64,000 nucleotides of DNA from Macrostomum lignano (taxonomy: Eukaryota). The stretch spans positions 1-64,000 of the forward strand of contig NIVC01003467.1 of NCBI GenBank assembly GCA_002269645.1. The letters run 5' to 3'. A program made the translations under genes and the position numbers. The notes under the pieces were generated by a model. It saw only the letters and a list, made by a program, of their open reading frames with translations. It was not told where the DNA came from and did no database searches. Below, piece by piece: positions 1 to 13,140 of this stretch. The stretch's first letter is position 1. Every line of letters begins with the position of its first letter.

Positions 1-838
1 AAGCCAAGTCGTATTGCGTTAGATAATTTAGAGTTCTGTATCACAATTTTCAAATTCCATTCTTTATAAATTAATCTGATTTGTACCATTATGAATTTAG
101 CGTCATAAATAAGCTTGCCAAGTTAGAATTTACAGTGAAAAAATCTGATTTCCATGAAAATTTGGCCTCTTGGGCAGAAATGCGATTGCAGAGCTAGTCA
201 AACTGGTTTTTGTTTTTAGACTAGCCATCTGCGCCCCCTTTGGGGTAGCGAAAAGGAGAGGAATGATTGACTCAAAATTCCAAAACGCAAGCAAACCCAA
301 GCAACCAGGCTATCAGTCTAACCGAGCCCTCTTGCACTAAAATGATCACACTCCTAACCAGCCTACATTACCAGCCTTATGCCTGATGAAATTCTATTAG
401 ATCTTGACTCTGCATTTTAAAGCACCCACTCCCTGCAGACAATTAATGTGGCAGTGCTGGGCAAAAGTAGGGGTTAGGCAATGTTATATGAATAGAAGGT
501 AGAGTCTTGTTTCTTTTTTGTGCTTCTGTACCCTGCCTGTCTGCACGCCGCCAAAAGCTGACAGTGGGGTGGGCCCTCCACTCCACTGCCCTCCCCAGCC
601 GACGGGTGGCGCCACGTTCTTACTTTTTTCCAGAATTTTCCGCTATCCACCCTCTCAATCTGTGAAAGTTCTACTGTTTCCTTTTTTGAAAAGTAGCCAG
701 GTTGGCGTGGTTGGCGTGTTAGTAGTATGTTACGCGCATTTTTCTTTGCTTACTTGCATTTAACATTTCTCATATATTAACTTAAATTTAACTTGCATGC
801 AGACACTCTAGCATTAGAGAACTATTCGGCCGCAACCG

Positions 839-3800
839 ATGGAGCCGGACTCTTCTAAAGGAGTCGAAGTGCCGAATGATGGCGATCCGATGGTATCGTT
901 TGAGCCTCAGCCGACGCCGCCGCCACCGCCATCAACGCAGCCTCCGCCGCCAACACAGCCTCCACTGCCAACGCCACCAAATGACGACGACTGCAAACGT
1001 GAACTACTGCTTCAGCTGACACAACAGAAGAAATTTGATGACGCAAAGAAGATTATACAAAGTTTAAAGAACACAGCTGCACCTTTACGTCGAGATCAGC
1101 TGCTACGGACAGCTGTTCACTACTCCGCGATGGATCCAAGCGGGTTTGAGCTATTGAAGGATCTCACAGAACTGGTTGGCGCAGGCTGCTTGGCAACCCC
1201 AGACCGCAATGGAGTGACTCCGTTTCACTTCGCAGCGCAATATCTGCCTGATAATGCCTGGAATACATTTATTAACCCGCTTGTAACGGAAAGCCATCTT
1301 AAGAAGAGAGATAACGCAGGAAATACTTGCGCACACTATGCAGTCCGCGAACAGCGTGCCAATGATGGAGTAATACTTTCTATAGTCCATAAGTCGGGGC
1401 CGAGATGCCTGGATGTTTCAAATGAGATTAAAGAGACGCCTCTTCAGCTTGCGGTAAAAAACTGCACCTCAAAAACAGTTAAAAAGCTGTTGAAAGAGCT
1501 CAATCCGAGGTGGCTTCAGGAGGCAGATGAAGAAGGCAACACAGTAGCACATTACGCGGCCATGAACCCGAGAGGCGCGGTACTTAAAGTTGTAAAAAAA
1601 GTGGGCGATCCCGTTCTTTTTTGGTCTAACAATCACAAAGAAACCGTTTTACAAATAGCGCTTCAGTTCTGCTCGATTTCGAAATCGCACTTGCTTCTGA
1701 AAAAAGCTGTAGCAAAGGCTGCTAAATTGCCAGGGTCGAAAGAGTCGAAAAAACTCCGGCAGCAGGATTCGACTGGAAAGACATGCTTACACAGTACAGC
1801 GATGCTTAGCGACAGGCAAGAAATTCTGCTTCAGGCAGTAGAGTTAGGGAAGCCACTCGGACCCGAATGTCTAGCCTGGAAGAACCAAGCCGGAAGTTCA
1901 GTGCTGCACGTTGCACTTGAGCATGGCCGCCAGTCCGAACCCGCAAGCACAGAAGTCTTAGTCAAATTGATTTCAAAATCTACAAAAGACGTTCTAGCAA
2001 AGGTTGATGCAAACGGTAATACATGTCTTCACATAGCCGCTAAGAGGAGAGACAATCATCGATTGTTACGTGAGGCTATCCAGAAGTGCGGAAAAGATTG
2101 CATGTTCTGGCCAAACAAAAGAAATCAATTGGTAATGTTCTTTGCTATTGGAGTTGTCTCTTCCAAAGAACTAGAAGAGGCATTGAAGAATGACATCCCT
2201 TCTGACGATTTCGGCAACACTCTGTTGCATTACCTCCTTCAAGGCTACAGCAGCGAGTCAGTCTGTGTTGGCTTAACCGATTCTGCAATCGAAAAGCAGT
2301 CTACAACTGATATTCTTGAGAAGATCGATATCCTTATTGCTTTTGGCGTGGATCCACTTGAGGAGAATATTGCCGCTCAAAACTTTCTACATTGGGCTAA
2401 GTTGCCGCAAAATTTGCTTAAGAAGCTTTTAACAGATTTTTCCGAATCTCATGGGCTTAAGGCCCTGTACGAAAAGCTAGATTGTGGGTCAAATGGACTC
2501 CACTTGGTTCACACGTACTCAAGAAAGTACAATTTGGAAGTTTTATTAGAGCCATTATCGAAACTGTCGGATTTAAAAGAAAATAGACTTTTGAGCTTGG
2601 CTGTTTCCAAGGGCGACAACAAGGGTGCCACCTGTTTTCATTTCGCCTGCGAAGGTGGCCAAACAAGCAGTTTTCGATTCTTATTGAAAAAAGGTCCAAA
2701 TATTAGCGTCAGCATCAAGACGCTGACAGATTCCGAACTGTCTTGCATTGACTTTGCTATTGATAGAGGTCACCTCGAGCCGGTAATGAAAGTCTATACA
2801 GAATTTGAAGCTAAGGCACTTCAGAAAAAAGGAATAGGCTCCAAAGCAGCATCAAATGCCGCAAGAATTACTCTCTTGCGCCTCGTTGATCCGATTAAGA
2901 AGGCCGTCTCGCTGCCGGACCGGGTGGCAGCTCAGAAAGCGCTTGCTTCAATAATCGACCAGCTATCCGACGATTCAACTGCCTGTCGGAAGGGCAGAAG
3001 AGGCCTGCAAATACTAGAAAGGGCGATAACGCTCAACTCAACAAAACTATTTCGCAGCGCTTTAAAGATGAACTTTGTTAACGCCACAACGGAGAGACTT
3101 TTGCCAGAGTTCTTGCGCTGCCAGCAGCATCGAAATTTAGAGCTAAGCGTGATAAATTGCCTGTGCATGGGTGACAAAATTGGAAGGCACGGTTGGGTCG
3201 ATGCTTTTTCTGAGTTGTCTGTCATTGACATTACATGTTCACACTCTGAGCACTACGATGAGATTTTGTTGGACTTGGTACTCACTAGGCAATTTGAGCT
3301 GATTCCGGCCAGCATTAACCTACTCATCAGGCTGGGCCCCGAGATCGACAAGCTACGCTCGCAGGCACGTGGCAAGCACGCTACGCTGCAGGAGTTGTAC
3401 AGAAAAGTGCAGGAAATCGCTGTCAATTCTCTTGAAGAGTTGTTCGCTAGCGCTACTCAAAAGCGTCAGCGAGAGCTTCTCTTTGAGTTCCTTCAGGGTC
3501 GAATCGAAAGCGCAGAAGGCGTGTCCGGTCCCAAGTTTCCATTTAGAACTCTAAACAAGAAAATAAGGCATGGCGCCGTAACAGACATGATTGAGGAAGC
3601 TGACTGTAACGAGATTTTCGCGACAGACTGCATCTACAGCTTGGTGCAGCAGGAGTGGAAGACTGGACGAAGGCCCTGCAGGTGTAGCACATGCTCAGTT
3701 TCGAATAGCAAACAAAGTAGTGAAGACTGCTGCTGCAGGTGCACCGCGAGTTCTATTCACCGCGAGCAAAATTCGGGACTTACTGTACCTTTTTCGCCTT

Positions 3801-5024
3801 TCTAATTATATACTTTACATGGTACACGGTTGACTTCAAAAATAGTTTCGCCCACATTTCAACTGACATTCCTTTGATATTCTATTGGCTATCCTTCGTT
3901 TCCAAGAAGTTGTCGACTTCCGCAGACGGCGGAAGCGGCGCAGCTATCTCGTATGCGGCCGCCTCTGCAGATGGCCCACTTATTTTGAGGACTTACTGAA
4001 CTTTCTAGAATGGCTCGTAATCGTTTTTTTACTGGTTGGTCTGATTTTGAAATGGATACTGCTTGCTAATTCGCTACCTTTAACTGCAGCATACCCCTGT
4101 CAGATGGTATTTAGCGTCGCTTTCGGTCTGCTAATGTTTCGGGCAGTGCACTTTCTGAGCCTATCAGCCGTCATTGGTCCTGTAATAACGATGCTATGGA
4201 GTCTAGTATTCAATGACTTGCTGCCATTTCTGGCAATTATCGCCGTCATCATAATCGCTTTCGGAGTGTTTTTCTTCAACCTACTTTTCTCTGTGACTGG
4301 AGTGAACACCCAGTCAACTTACTACAACAGTCCTTGGTACAGCTGGGACGCCACTGTTGCAGCGATAACTCTACCATTTAACATACTGTTTACAAACTTT
4401 GAGAAGCTAGAATTTGGGAAGACGTTAACGAATATCACGATTGGAAAATCAGCCCACACGCAAGGAATCGGAGTGTTTGAGAATCTGATGCTGTTCCTTT
4501 TCATGGGCTGGTGAACATTGTTATGCTGAACCTACTGATCGCGCTCTTCAACCTTCGGGTCAACCGCATGGCTAATGAAGCTCTGGGGATCTGGCGAAGG
4601 ACGTACTTCGGCATGCTGAAGGAGTACCAAAACTTGAGTCCGGTTCCGCCACCGCTGTCATTTCTGTGGTACATCTACGATTGCTTTGTGAGAAAATGCT
4701 CTTGCAAAAAATGTAAAAACTCTGCGGGAGTGGCTCCGAAGAAGAAGGTTTGTTTTGTTTTTTTAATGGCGCGGTGACTCAGTAGGCTAATTGACAATTG
4801 TTTTGTCTCTATTTCAGACCGAAAACTGGTGGCGTGACCCTAAAAAGTATCCCGAGGAGTACATGGATTTTCTGGAGTTCCAAGCTAACCAATTAAGGCG
4901 GTTCCGCGCTTCTCTGCTATCCAATTCCAACTCCAATAGCCGAGATGATCTCATTGATCAATTGAGTCATCGATTGAAAGTACTGGAAGAACAGACTCAG
5001 GCGGTACATGAGAAGCTGAAGTAA
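839..5024 (+). CDS. Ankyrin-repeat TRP cation channel, paralog 1. Exon 1 is 839-4747 with three apparent -1 frameshifts near 3745, 3898 and 4507; intron 4748-4817; exon 2 is 4818-5024.
   Basis: About 12 ankyrin motifs (GNTCAHYAV, GNTVAHYAA, GNTCLHIAA, GATCFHFAC). Pre-S1 FATDCIYSLVQQEW and six hydrophobic segments across ORFs 3739, 3885 and 4511. S6/TRP-domain sequence NIVMLNLLIALFN...IWRRTYFGMLKEY...PVPPPLS. Colinear with the intact paralog at 25258-30940. The GT at 4748 and AG at 4817 splice in phase 0. Confidence 0.9.
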
Positions 5025-5255
5025 CCAGCTGGTTAAAACAAATATTCCATTATTTTTTCGCTTATGCAAGGCTCTTTAATGACCAATAATTTTAATTTTA
5101 TAGCATATTTTGAGGAGAACTTAAGTCTTCAAAGAAAGCTATTACAGTGTAGGCTTCCAATTAAGAGTTTGCAAAGGTTATAAATAAATCCTGTTCAGAA
5201 TTGTTGGCATAAGAAAAGCGACACAAGGAGCAAGGAAATATTTCAAAGGCATTGC

Positions 5256-5300
5256 CAGTGGCGTACGCAGGGGGGGGGGAAGGGGCCGCGGCCCCCCTTC
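5256..5300 (+). mobile_element. Solo terminus of a hAT-like non-autonomous DNA transposon
   Basis: CAGTGGCGTACGCAGGGGGG followed by a GC hairpin (GGGGCCGCGGCCCC) resembles common invertebrate hAT-type MITE ends. No matching opposite end was found in the window. Confidence 0.3.
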
Positions 5301-5852
5301 CTCAATCGCCCGCCAAAAAAAATTGATAGTATTGCTATTCAGGTATTCTTGTTAAAGCAAAATCGGTTTACTCAGAAAAACAAAAAATTGCAAGTATTCT
5401 AGTATTCTGTTACTCAAGTGTAATCGAGATTGAAATGGAAAATACGTTATTCATTGCAAAAAACAATGATAATCCGCTCTTTTGACATCCGGTTTTTTCA
5501 CTGTTCGAGCCATATTGCTATGGTCAGTTTGAAAATATTTATATTTTAACAAATGTAGGGTATAAATTTGAAGAGTAATTTTGTGATTGAAATATTTTTA
5601 TTCGGTTCTGTGGACACTTCAAAGACTTTTTGTTTATGCACAGATTTACGATTTTTGTTATTCGAATGTTTATTCTAGAATGTTAGTATCAACGCTCTAT
5701 TTATTGTTCGAGCAAATGCTATAAAATTAATAAGAAAAATTCTTTTAACATACAGATATCTTAAAATTATACTCGTAGTTTCACCTCTGGACTTATTTCA
5801 TTTAAATTTACGTCTCATTTAGACAGTGTCTCTAAGAACATTTTATTCTGCA

Positions 5853-7724
5853 ATATCCCCTGCCACCGATTTCCAGTCACTAATTCCCCTGCCACCAATT
5901 TCCTGTCACTAATTCCCCTGCCACCGATTTCATGTCACTAATTCACCTGCCACCAATTTCATGTCACTAATTCCCCTGCCACCGATTTCATGTCACTAAT
6001 TCCCCTGCCACCAATTTCCTGTCACTAATTCCCCTGCCACCGATTTCATGTCACTAATTCACCTGCCACCAATTTCATGTCACTAATTCACCTGCCACCA
6101 ATTTCATGTCACTAATTCCCCTGCCACCGATTTCCTGTCACTAATTCCCCTGCCACCGATTTCCTGTCACAAATTCTTCTGCTACCAATTTCCTGTCACT
6201 AATTCCCCTGCCACTAATTTCCTGTCACTAATTCCCCTGCCACCGATTTCCTGTCACAAATTCCCCTGCCACCGATTTCCTGTCACTAATTCCCCTCTGC
6301 CACCGATTTCCTGTCACTAATTCCCCTCTGCCACCGATTTCATTCCCCTGCAACCGATTTCCTGTCACTAATTCCCCTGCCACCAATTTCCTGTCACTGA
6401 TTCCCCTGCGACCAATTTCCTGTCACTGATTCCCCTGCCACCGATTTCCTGTCACTGATTCCCCTGCCACCAATATCCTGTCACTAATTCCCCTGCCACC
6501 GATTTCCTGTCACTAATTCCCCTCTGCCACCGATTTCCTGTCACTAATTCCCCTGCCACCGATTTCTTGTCACTAATTCTCCTGCCACCGATTTCCTGTC
6601 ACTAATTCCCCTCTGCCACCGATTTCCTGTCACTAATTCCCCTCTGCCACCGATTTCATTCCCCTGCAACCGATTTCCTGTCACTAATTCCCCTGCCACC
6701 GATTTCCTGTCACTGATTCTTCTGCTACCTACTTTATGTCACTAATTCCCCTGCCACCGATTTCCTGTCACAAATTTCCCTGCCACCGATTTCCTGTCAC
6801 AAATTCCCCTGCCACCGATTTCCTGTCACAAATTCTTCTGCTACCAATTTCCTGTCACTAATTCCCCTGCCACCGATTTCCTGTCACTAATTCCCCTTTG
6901 CCACTGATTTCCTGTCACTAATTCCCCTGCCACCGATTTCCTGTCACTAATTCCCCTCTGCCACCGATTTCCTGTCACTAATTCCCCTGCCACCGATTTC
7001 CTGTCACTAATTCCCCTCTGCCACCGATTTCCTGTCACTAATTCCCCTGCCACCGATTTCCTGTCACTAATTCCCCTCTGCCACCGATTTCCTGTCACTA
7101 ATTCCCCTCTGCCACCGATTTCCTGTCACTAATTCCCCTGCCACCGATTTCCTGTCACTAATTCCCCTCTGCCACCGATTTCCTGTCACTAATTCCCCTG
7201 CCACCAATTTCCTGTCACAAATTCCCCTGCCACCGATTTCGTGTCACAAATTCCCCTGCCACCGATTTCCTGTCACTAATTCCCCTGCCACCGATTTCCT
7301 GTCACTAATTCCCCTCTGCCACCGATTTCCTGTCACTAATTCCCCTGCCACCGATTTCCTGTCACTAATTCCCCTCTGCCACCGATTTCCTGTCACTAAT
7401 TCCCCTGCCACCGATTTCCTGTCACTGATTCCCCTGCCACCAATTTCCTGTCACTAATTCACCTGCCACCAATTTCCTGTCACTGATTCCACTGCCACTA
7501 ATTTCTTGTCACTGATTCCCCTGCCACCAATATCCTGTCACTAATTCCCCTGCCACCGATTTCCTGTCACTAATTCCCCTCTGCCACCGATTTCCTGTCA
7601 CTAATTCCCCTGCCACCGATTTCCTGTCACTAATTCCTCTGCCACCGATTTTCTGTCACTAATTCCCCTGCCACTAATTTCCTGTCACTAATTCCCCTGC
7701 TAGCAATTTCACGTCACAAATTCC
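5853..7724. repeat. 29/31-bp minisatellite, about 60 units (TCACTAATTCCCC[TC]TGCCACCGATTTCCTG)
   Basis: Directly visible tandem array. Alternating 29- and 31-bp units give the 20-aa periodicity of ORF 6841-7098. Confidence 0.95.
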
Positions 7725-7744
7725 ATGAGCGCTTCTTGTCTGTG

Positions 7745-7925
7745 GGTGAGCGCCCCTGCCTCTGGGTGGGGGTGCCCCTGTATCTTGGTGGACGCCCATA
7801 TCTTTGAGTAGGCGCCCATATCTCTGGGTGAGCGCCCATATCTCTGGGTGGGCGCCCCTATCTCTGGGTGGGCGCCCCTATCTCTGGGTGGGCGCCCCTA
7901 TCTCTGGGTGGGCGACCCTGTCTCT
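7745..7925. repeat. 20-bp tandem repeat (GGGCGCCCCTATCTCTGGGT), about 9 units
   Basis: Visible array. The unit resembles the reverse complement of the 31895-32277 array. Confidence 0.85.
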
Positions 7926-9794
7926 GACTGACTGACTCCCATTATTTTCATCAAGTTAAACAACCTAATTAGGCACTTAACGTAAATTCTAAATTTGCAG
8001 ATCGCTCTCGTACTGTATGGACCACTAGCAGTAGGCTGCCAGCGTTTTTTGTGTGTTCGTCCTCCAAATCTTACGATTATCAATATTTGACATACATGTA
8101 GTTTTGCTTATTAACGTATTTTTAGGTCACATATTGTACTCTCTCAGGGATTACTAGCTCGTATTGAGGTATTTGAATTTTTAGTCTTCATGATGAAGTT
8201 GTCAATCATTTTTACAACGGGTTTTATAAGTTTTGGCCCAGAAAGTCTGAAAAGGTCATGTGATTTTCGAATTTAGTTCTTATTATTCTTCGTTGATATG
8301 GAATCAAAGATCATTGTTCTGGTCTCACCAGACAATCACGTCGACCTCCGCGGTAACTGAAATTATTGATCCAGTCAATAATGAGAAGCGAAATTGTTTA
8401 TATTGACTAAGATCGGTAGATGTACACGAAAAATATTTGAGTGCAAGATTACAAACTCAATGATAAAAAACAAACATCGTTCAACAAAGTAATTTAAGCA
8501 AGACTATTTAATTAAAAATTCGATACCTGCTTATTTCATTCAATCATAGTTTGATTTGTTCTTCCAAAAACAATAAAGCCATCGGCCTACGCGAAAGTCC
8601 TTCATCGCTAGAGTTATATTTCCAGTTCGTGATAATCATTTCCCATGTCCCACGCACTCAAATCCCAGTTCCTATTTAGCACTTACTTATCCCAGCTCTA
8701 TATCGACCAAGTAATTACCGGAACTCTAATCCTACTCATTTTTTTCGCACCTATCTTACCATCCTCATCTACTTTCCAATCCTCCTCTCCATCTCTGTCA
8801 TTCGCGTGCAGAGTCCCACAGTTCTTCCCTCAGCCCTTAGCAACAGCAATTTTCCACGAATCCTATTCCCGATCACCCGATAGGCCTCCCAGCGTCCTCG
8901 CTTAGTGCTGTACCATGCTTATATGGAGTATTTTTCCATAAAAGTATCTGGCCACTTCAGGCTCTTCCGCGCAGCTCACTTCCCTCATCCTCTCTCTCTC
9001 TCTGTTCCTCATTCGCTCTCCCCTCCTACTTAAGCTACCTTCAGTCTCTGCTTGCGCATGATCCCGCAGCAAAAAAGTGTCTATAAGCCCTTAGGCGCTA
9101 TTTCTGCTCCCCCTCTTAGCCTTCGTCCTCCGGAATATCCTCCGGTCGGGTCTCCCCATCTCTTCCTCTTGATCGCCCCGGCCCGTCCCTCTTCACATCG
9201 CTCTTCAATTTTGCGGCCCCAGCCAGCGGCTATAAAGTCAGAAAGCGTCCAACAAACCTAATTTACTGCAGGCCCCGTTCAGGAGAGAGAATTAAAAAAG
9301 AGCAGCATATACAACGGCTGCAACCGCGTCCTCGGCTCTTTTCCAGCAGAGCGCGGAGCCACCTGGACTTTGGCGAGTAAAAAGCTCCGTCAGAGTGTCT
9401 AGGTGGATCCAGCAACGGTGAAGCTGTAACGTTTTAACCTCCCCCTTCCCCAATTCGACTTTTTACCCCCCCCCCCTCCCTGCCTGGCCGGTGGGCCATC
9501 CAGTTGTGTCCCAGCACGGCATCGAAGCTTCTCTATTTGTTCCTTTTCTTCCAGACTGAACGGTTGCACGAAATTTAAACCTTTTTTGATTACTGGATGC
9601 CCCACACAGCCTATATTTAGAGATTGCAACATGCCATGTAGCAGCAGTACGTCTAACCTTCGCTTCGCATGTAAACATTGATATATTCATCGCTAACGTA
9701 CTAAGGTAAGTGTAATCATAATTTTTTCTAATTGCTAATGGGCTAGTTAGGTTATTAAGTACTGTTTCCTAAAAAAATATGTAGATGACAATGA

Positions 9795-10018
<224 letters not shown>

Positions 10019-10091
10019 GTTGACCAAAAGCTATCAGCTATCAGCTAATCGCGTCAACTCACTTCCAGAACGTCAGCCGTGTATTTTGAGC

Positions 10092-10573
10092 ATGTCGAGT
10101 TCGTGTCTTCCCGAACCACCGAGTGACTGCGATAACAACACGGGTGGCGGCGACGACTTCAATGCAGCAGCTTCGAGAGGTTCACCCGTGACAGGCCTGT
10201 CCGTGCTCAACAGTCAGGACTCAGAGATGCAGATGCAGCTTGCCAGGCTATCCCGTCTGATGGCTCCAGCCGGTGGAAGCTCCACTGCGCTGCCACTAGA
10301 GTGCGACGCTGGATTCGAGAGCTCTTCTCTCTGCGGCAATTTCAACAATGTCGACCCGGAGTCCGATGATCGACCGACAGCCAAACAGAAGCGAGTAGCT
10401 CGCGTGGTGATGGCTGTCGCCTTCATTCTGCTGTCAATGTGCTTCGTGCTGATTGTTGTCACGCTGTCAATGTCTGATCACATTGACAGAATGGGTGAGT
10501 TTCCGGGAAGTGTGTTGAAATTAAAAAAGCGCATCTTTTTCTTCTGTCTACAGCATTGGAAAACGACTATTAG
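10092..10573 (+). CDS. Small protein of about 140 aa with one C-terminal transmembrane helix. Exons 10092-10494 and 10554-10573.
   Basis: ATG at 10092, a Ser/Asp-rich N-terminus, then KQKRVARVVMAVAFILLSMCFVLIVVTLSMSDHIDRM. A strong donor G|GTGAGT at 10495 and a pyrimidine tract plus CAG at 10553 splice to ALENDY-stop. Confidence 0.6.
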
Positions 10574-10587
10574 CACACTTCTCTCTT

Positions 10588-10856
10588 TACTCACCGTACT
10601 CTACTCTCTACTCACTGTACTCTACTCTCTAATCACTGTACTCTACTCTCTAATCACTGTACTCTACTCTCTAATCACTGTACTCTACTCTCTAATCAAT
10701 GTACTCTACTCTCTACTCATTGTACTCTACTCTCTAATCAATGTACTCTACTCTCTAATCACTATACTCTACTCTCTAATCACTGTACTCTACTCTCTAA
10801 TCACTGTACTCTACTCTCTACTCATTGTACTCTAATTTATACTCACTAAACTCTAA
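10588..10856. repeat. 21-bp tandem repeat (TCACTGTACTCTACTCTCTAA), about 12 units
   Basis: Visible array. It produces the artefactual LYSLITV tail of ORF 10020-10835. Confidence 0.95.
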
Positions 10857-12021
10857 TCTCTGCTTTCGATCCAAAGATGAGACGGGATTGAAGGGTTGAG
10901 GTCTCTCTGCCCTAGACGCTTACGGAAAGGTTATTAATAGGCTTTTAGGCCATGCATTGGTTTCCATGCCTTGTTTCTATTCTACTCGTAGAGCATTGTT
11001 ATAATTGTTATAATGACCAAGGAAGAAGCATTGCCAAAGAATGTTATTTCTTCGGTGAAAAGTACCAACTAACAGAATGCAAATCGGAATGAAGGCTAAA
11101 TGCTGATTACCTTATCAACTGAAGACTTATAAACGTAGACTTCTGGAAGACTCGACACTGAAGCTTAGGAATATTGGCTATAATGCTTTTAAAATCTTGA
11201 AAAAAATACTCTGGTATATTTAGCTTCTCAATCTTCTTACTAAGAAGTAGCAAGAAAAGAATATAGTTTTTCTCCTTTAGTTTCCTCAAGAAACTATTCA
11301 ATCTGCATTTTATCTCTTTACTATAATTAGAGATAAATTACAAGCATTGATTGTTCATTTCAGTTCGAAAAGCTCTAATGCACAGTCTGAGCAAGGCCAG
11401 GTCGCAGTCAAGCTCAAAGTTGTCATCGGAGTTTCGACAGACTTGGAATTTGGCTACCACTGCAGCATCAGCAACCGATAACTGATTGATGCAATGCAGA
11501 TTCGTTTTAGTATATTTAAGAATACCGAAACCAAAAAACGCTGTGGGCTGCAAATGACAACATTGCTTGTTTATTTGTATCTGTGTAACGTACATGTACT
11601 GCTCGATTTAAACTAAATTAAGTGATTCCTGTTTTGCGGTTCATGGCTTAAAAATCATTATGAAGGTAAATAAAAAAGCTAAAGGTAATATTACTCGTAG
11701 ATCGCGGCTCATTTCCCACGGTGAACTAGTAAAAGTAGGTTAAGTGTAGGCAGAAGTGTAGCTTCTGGTGTCAAGTGGTTAAAATGAATAAAAAGGTTTC
11801 TTGAGAGGCGTCTGAAGAGTCTAAGTGCCACGCATTAAAGGAAAAGTAAAACTCAATTAAACGGATACTATACTCGTATGGAATCAGCTTTGAATTTTGT
11901 TAACAAACGTAATTATTGGTTAGAGGTTACGTTTATAATTATAGAAAACGCCTGCTAGAAAAAGAACACAGCAAATTCTATAGAGTCTTGTAAGAAAGTA
12001 AACTCTGCAAAACCACAGGAG

Positions 12022-13140
12022 CTACTGACGCTGCACCATGCACGCCTCCAGCCAGTCGTCGCGCACCCTCGCTTCGTTCACTTGGCTAATACCATTGCGC
12101 AACTCGATAAGATCTACGTCATCCGGCAGTTGGCCAAGTATGAAGATGCAAATTCGAGCAAGAGGCCGGTAGATAATTCCATAGTTGTCCTGCTGAAGGA
12201 ATTCTTGCTGATTAAAGTCGATCCTGGCCACCTTTTGGGGAGATTCGTCCAGCCGCTGCCAGCCGGTGTTGTCATCCCAGTGCGGGAAGGTGACAAAAAA
12301 CCAAAACTTGCCTGGCTCCGCATCTTCCAGAGTTTCTAAGACTCTCTCGGCAGTGGCGTTCAGCACAGGCTCCACAAAGGGCGGGCCGAGACTCCAGCCG
12401 CCCGGATATCCGGACAGGTCGAGGCGGAAGAAGTTTCCCAGACTGCCAAACGCGGCGTCAGTGTCATTGAACAGGCTGCAGAACTTGACGCCATCTCGTC
12501 CCAGAAGGCGGCAGTTCAGAGGCGACGAGAAGCCCTCATAGGTGACGTGGCCAACGTCGTACAGAGCGTCGAGTCCCGACACGCACATGCCAGACTCACC
12601 GCCGTAGAACTTGCACAGATGAGCGTAGCGGAGGCACATCAGCGCAGTCGCGTCAGTGCCGTATGTTTGCGCCAGGTAGCGAATTCGAAGACAATTCCGG
12701 GTTTGGAAATCACCCACGAATAATTTTCCACTGGTTCCGCTCTCGGTGTATCGAACAGCAACATCAGGCAGTGGTTCATCCTCGAGATCAGTGCCCAGAA
12801 ATTCTTCGATACTGTCGAACACCTGGTTGGATATTCTCTTTGCCGTATCTTCATTCGCGCGTAAATTCTGTTGCAGCATCCTCTCCAGTTCCGTCCTGAG
12901 GTTTTCATTAAACGGTTGCTGTGGCAACAACGGATAGGCAGCTTCTTGATCCGCTGTGTTGAAGAGTTGCACGATTTGCAGAAACCTACCAAACACGTTT
13001 AATGCGGCATTCTTGTGCTTATTCTCGGGACCCCATTTAGGAAGGGCTGTTCGAAAGTCTTGAAAAAGTGTTTCGATAAAATTGTATTGTCGCATCTCTT
13101 TGGCGATTTTTTCCGGTTCTATTCCAGCGAATTCGGCCAT
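12022..13140 (-). CDS. PCIF1/CAPAM-like N6-adenine methyltransferase-fold protein, 372 aa, no WW domain, intronless, copy 1
   Basis: Motifs YEGFSSPLN, FCSLFNDTDAAFGSLGNFF, GGWSLGPPFVEPVL and WFFVTFPHW align to the PCIF1 catalytic domain (ECFASPLN, YCSAFPDTD..FGS.G, GSFEANPPFCEELM, FIVFIPEW). True ATG at 13140. Confidence 0.88.
   Translation of the reverse strand: MAEFAGIEPEKIAKEMRQYNFIETLFQDFRTALPKWGPENKHKNAALNVFGRFLQIVQLFNTADQEAAYPLLPQQPFNENLRTELERMLQQNLRANEDTAKRISNQVFDSIEEFLGTDLEDEPLPDVAVRYTESGTSGKLFVGDFQTRNCLRIRYLAQTYGTDATALMCLRYAHLCKFYGGESGMCVSGLDALYDVGHVTYEGFSSPLNCRLLGRDGVKFCSLFNDTDAAFGSLGNFFRLDLSGYPGGWSLGPPFVEPVLNATAERVLETLEDAEPGKFWFFVTFPHWDDNTGWQRLDESPQKVARIDFNQQEFLQQDNYGIIYRPLARICIFILGQLPDDVDLIELRNGISQVNEARVRDDWLEACMVQRQ

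Noticed and set aside
5853-7724. 29-33-bp arrays (also 42287-42470 and 52083-53085) as CRISPR arrays
   Set aside because: The units are head-to-tail with no unique spacers, there are no cas genes, and the context is eukaryotic.
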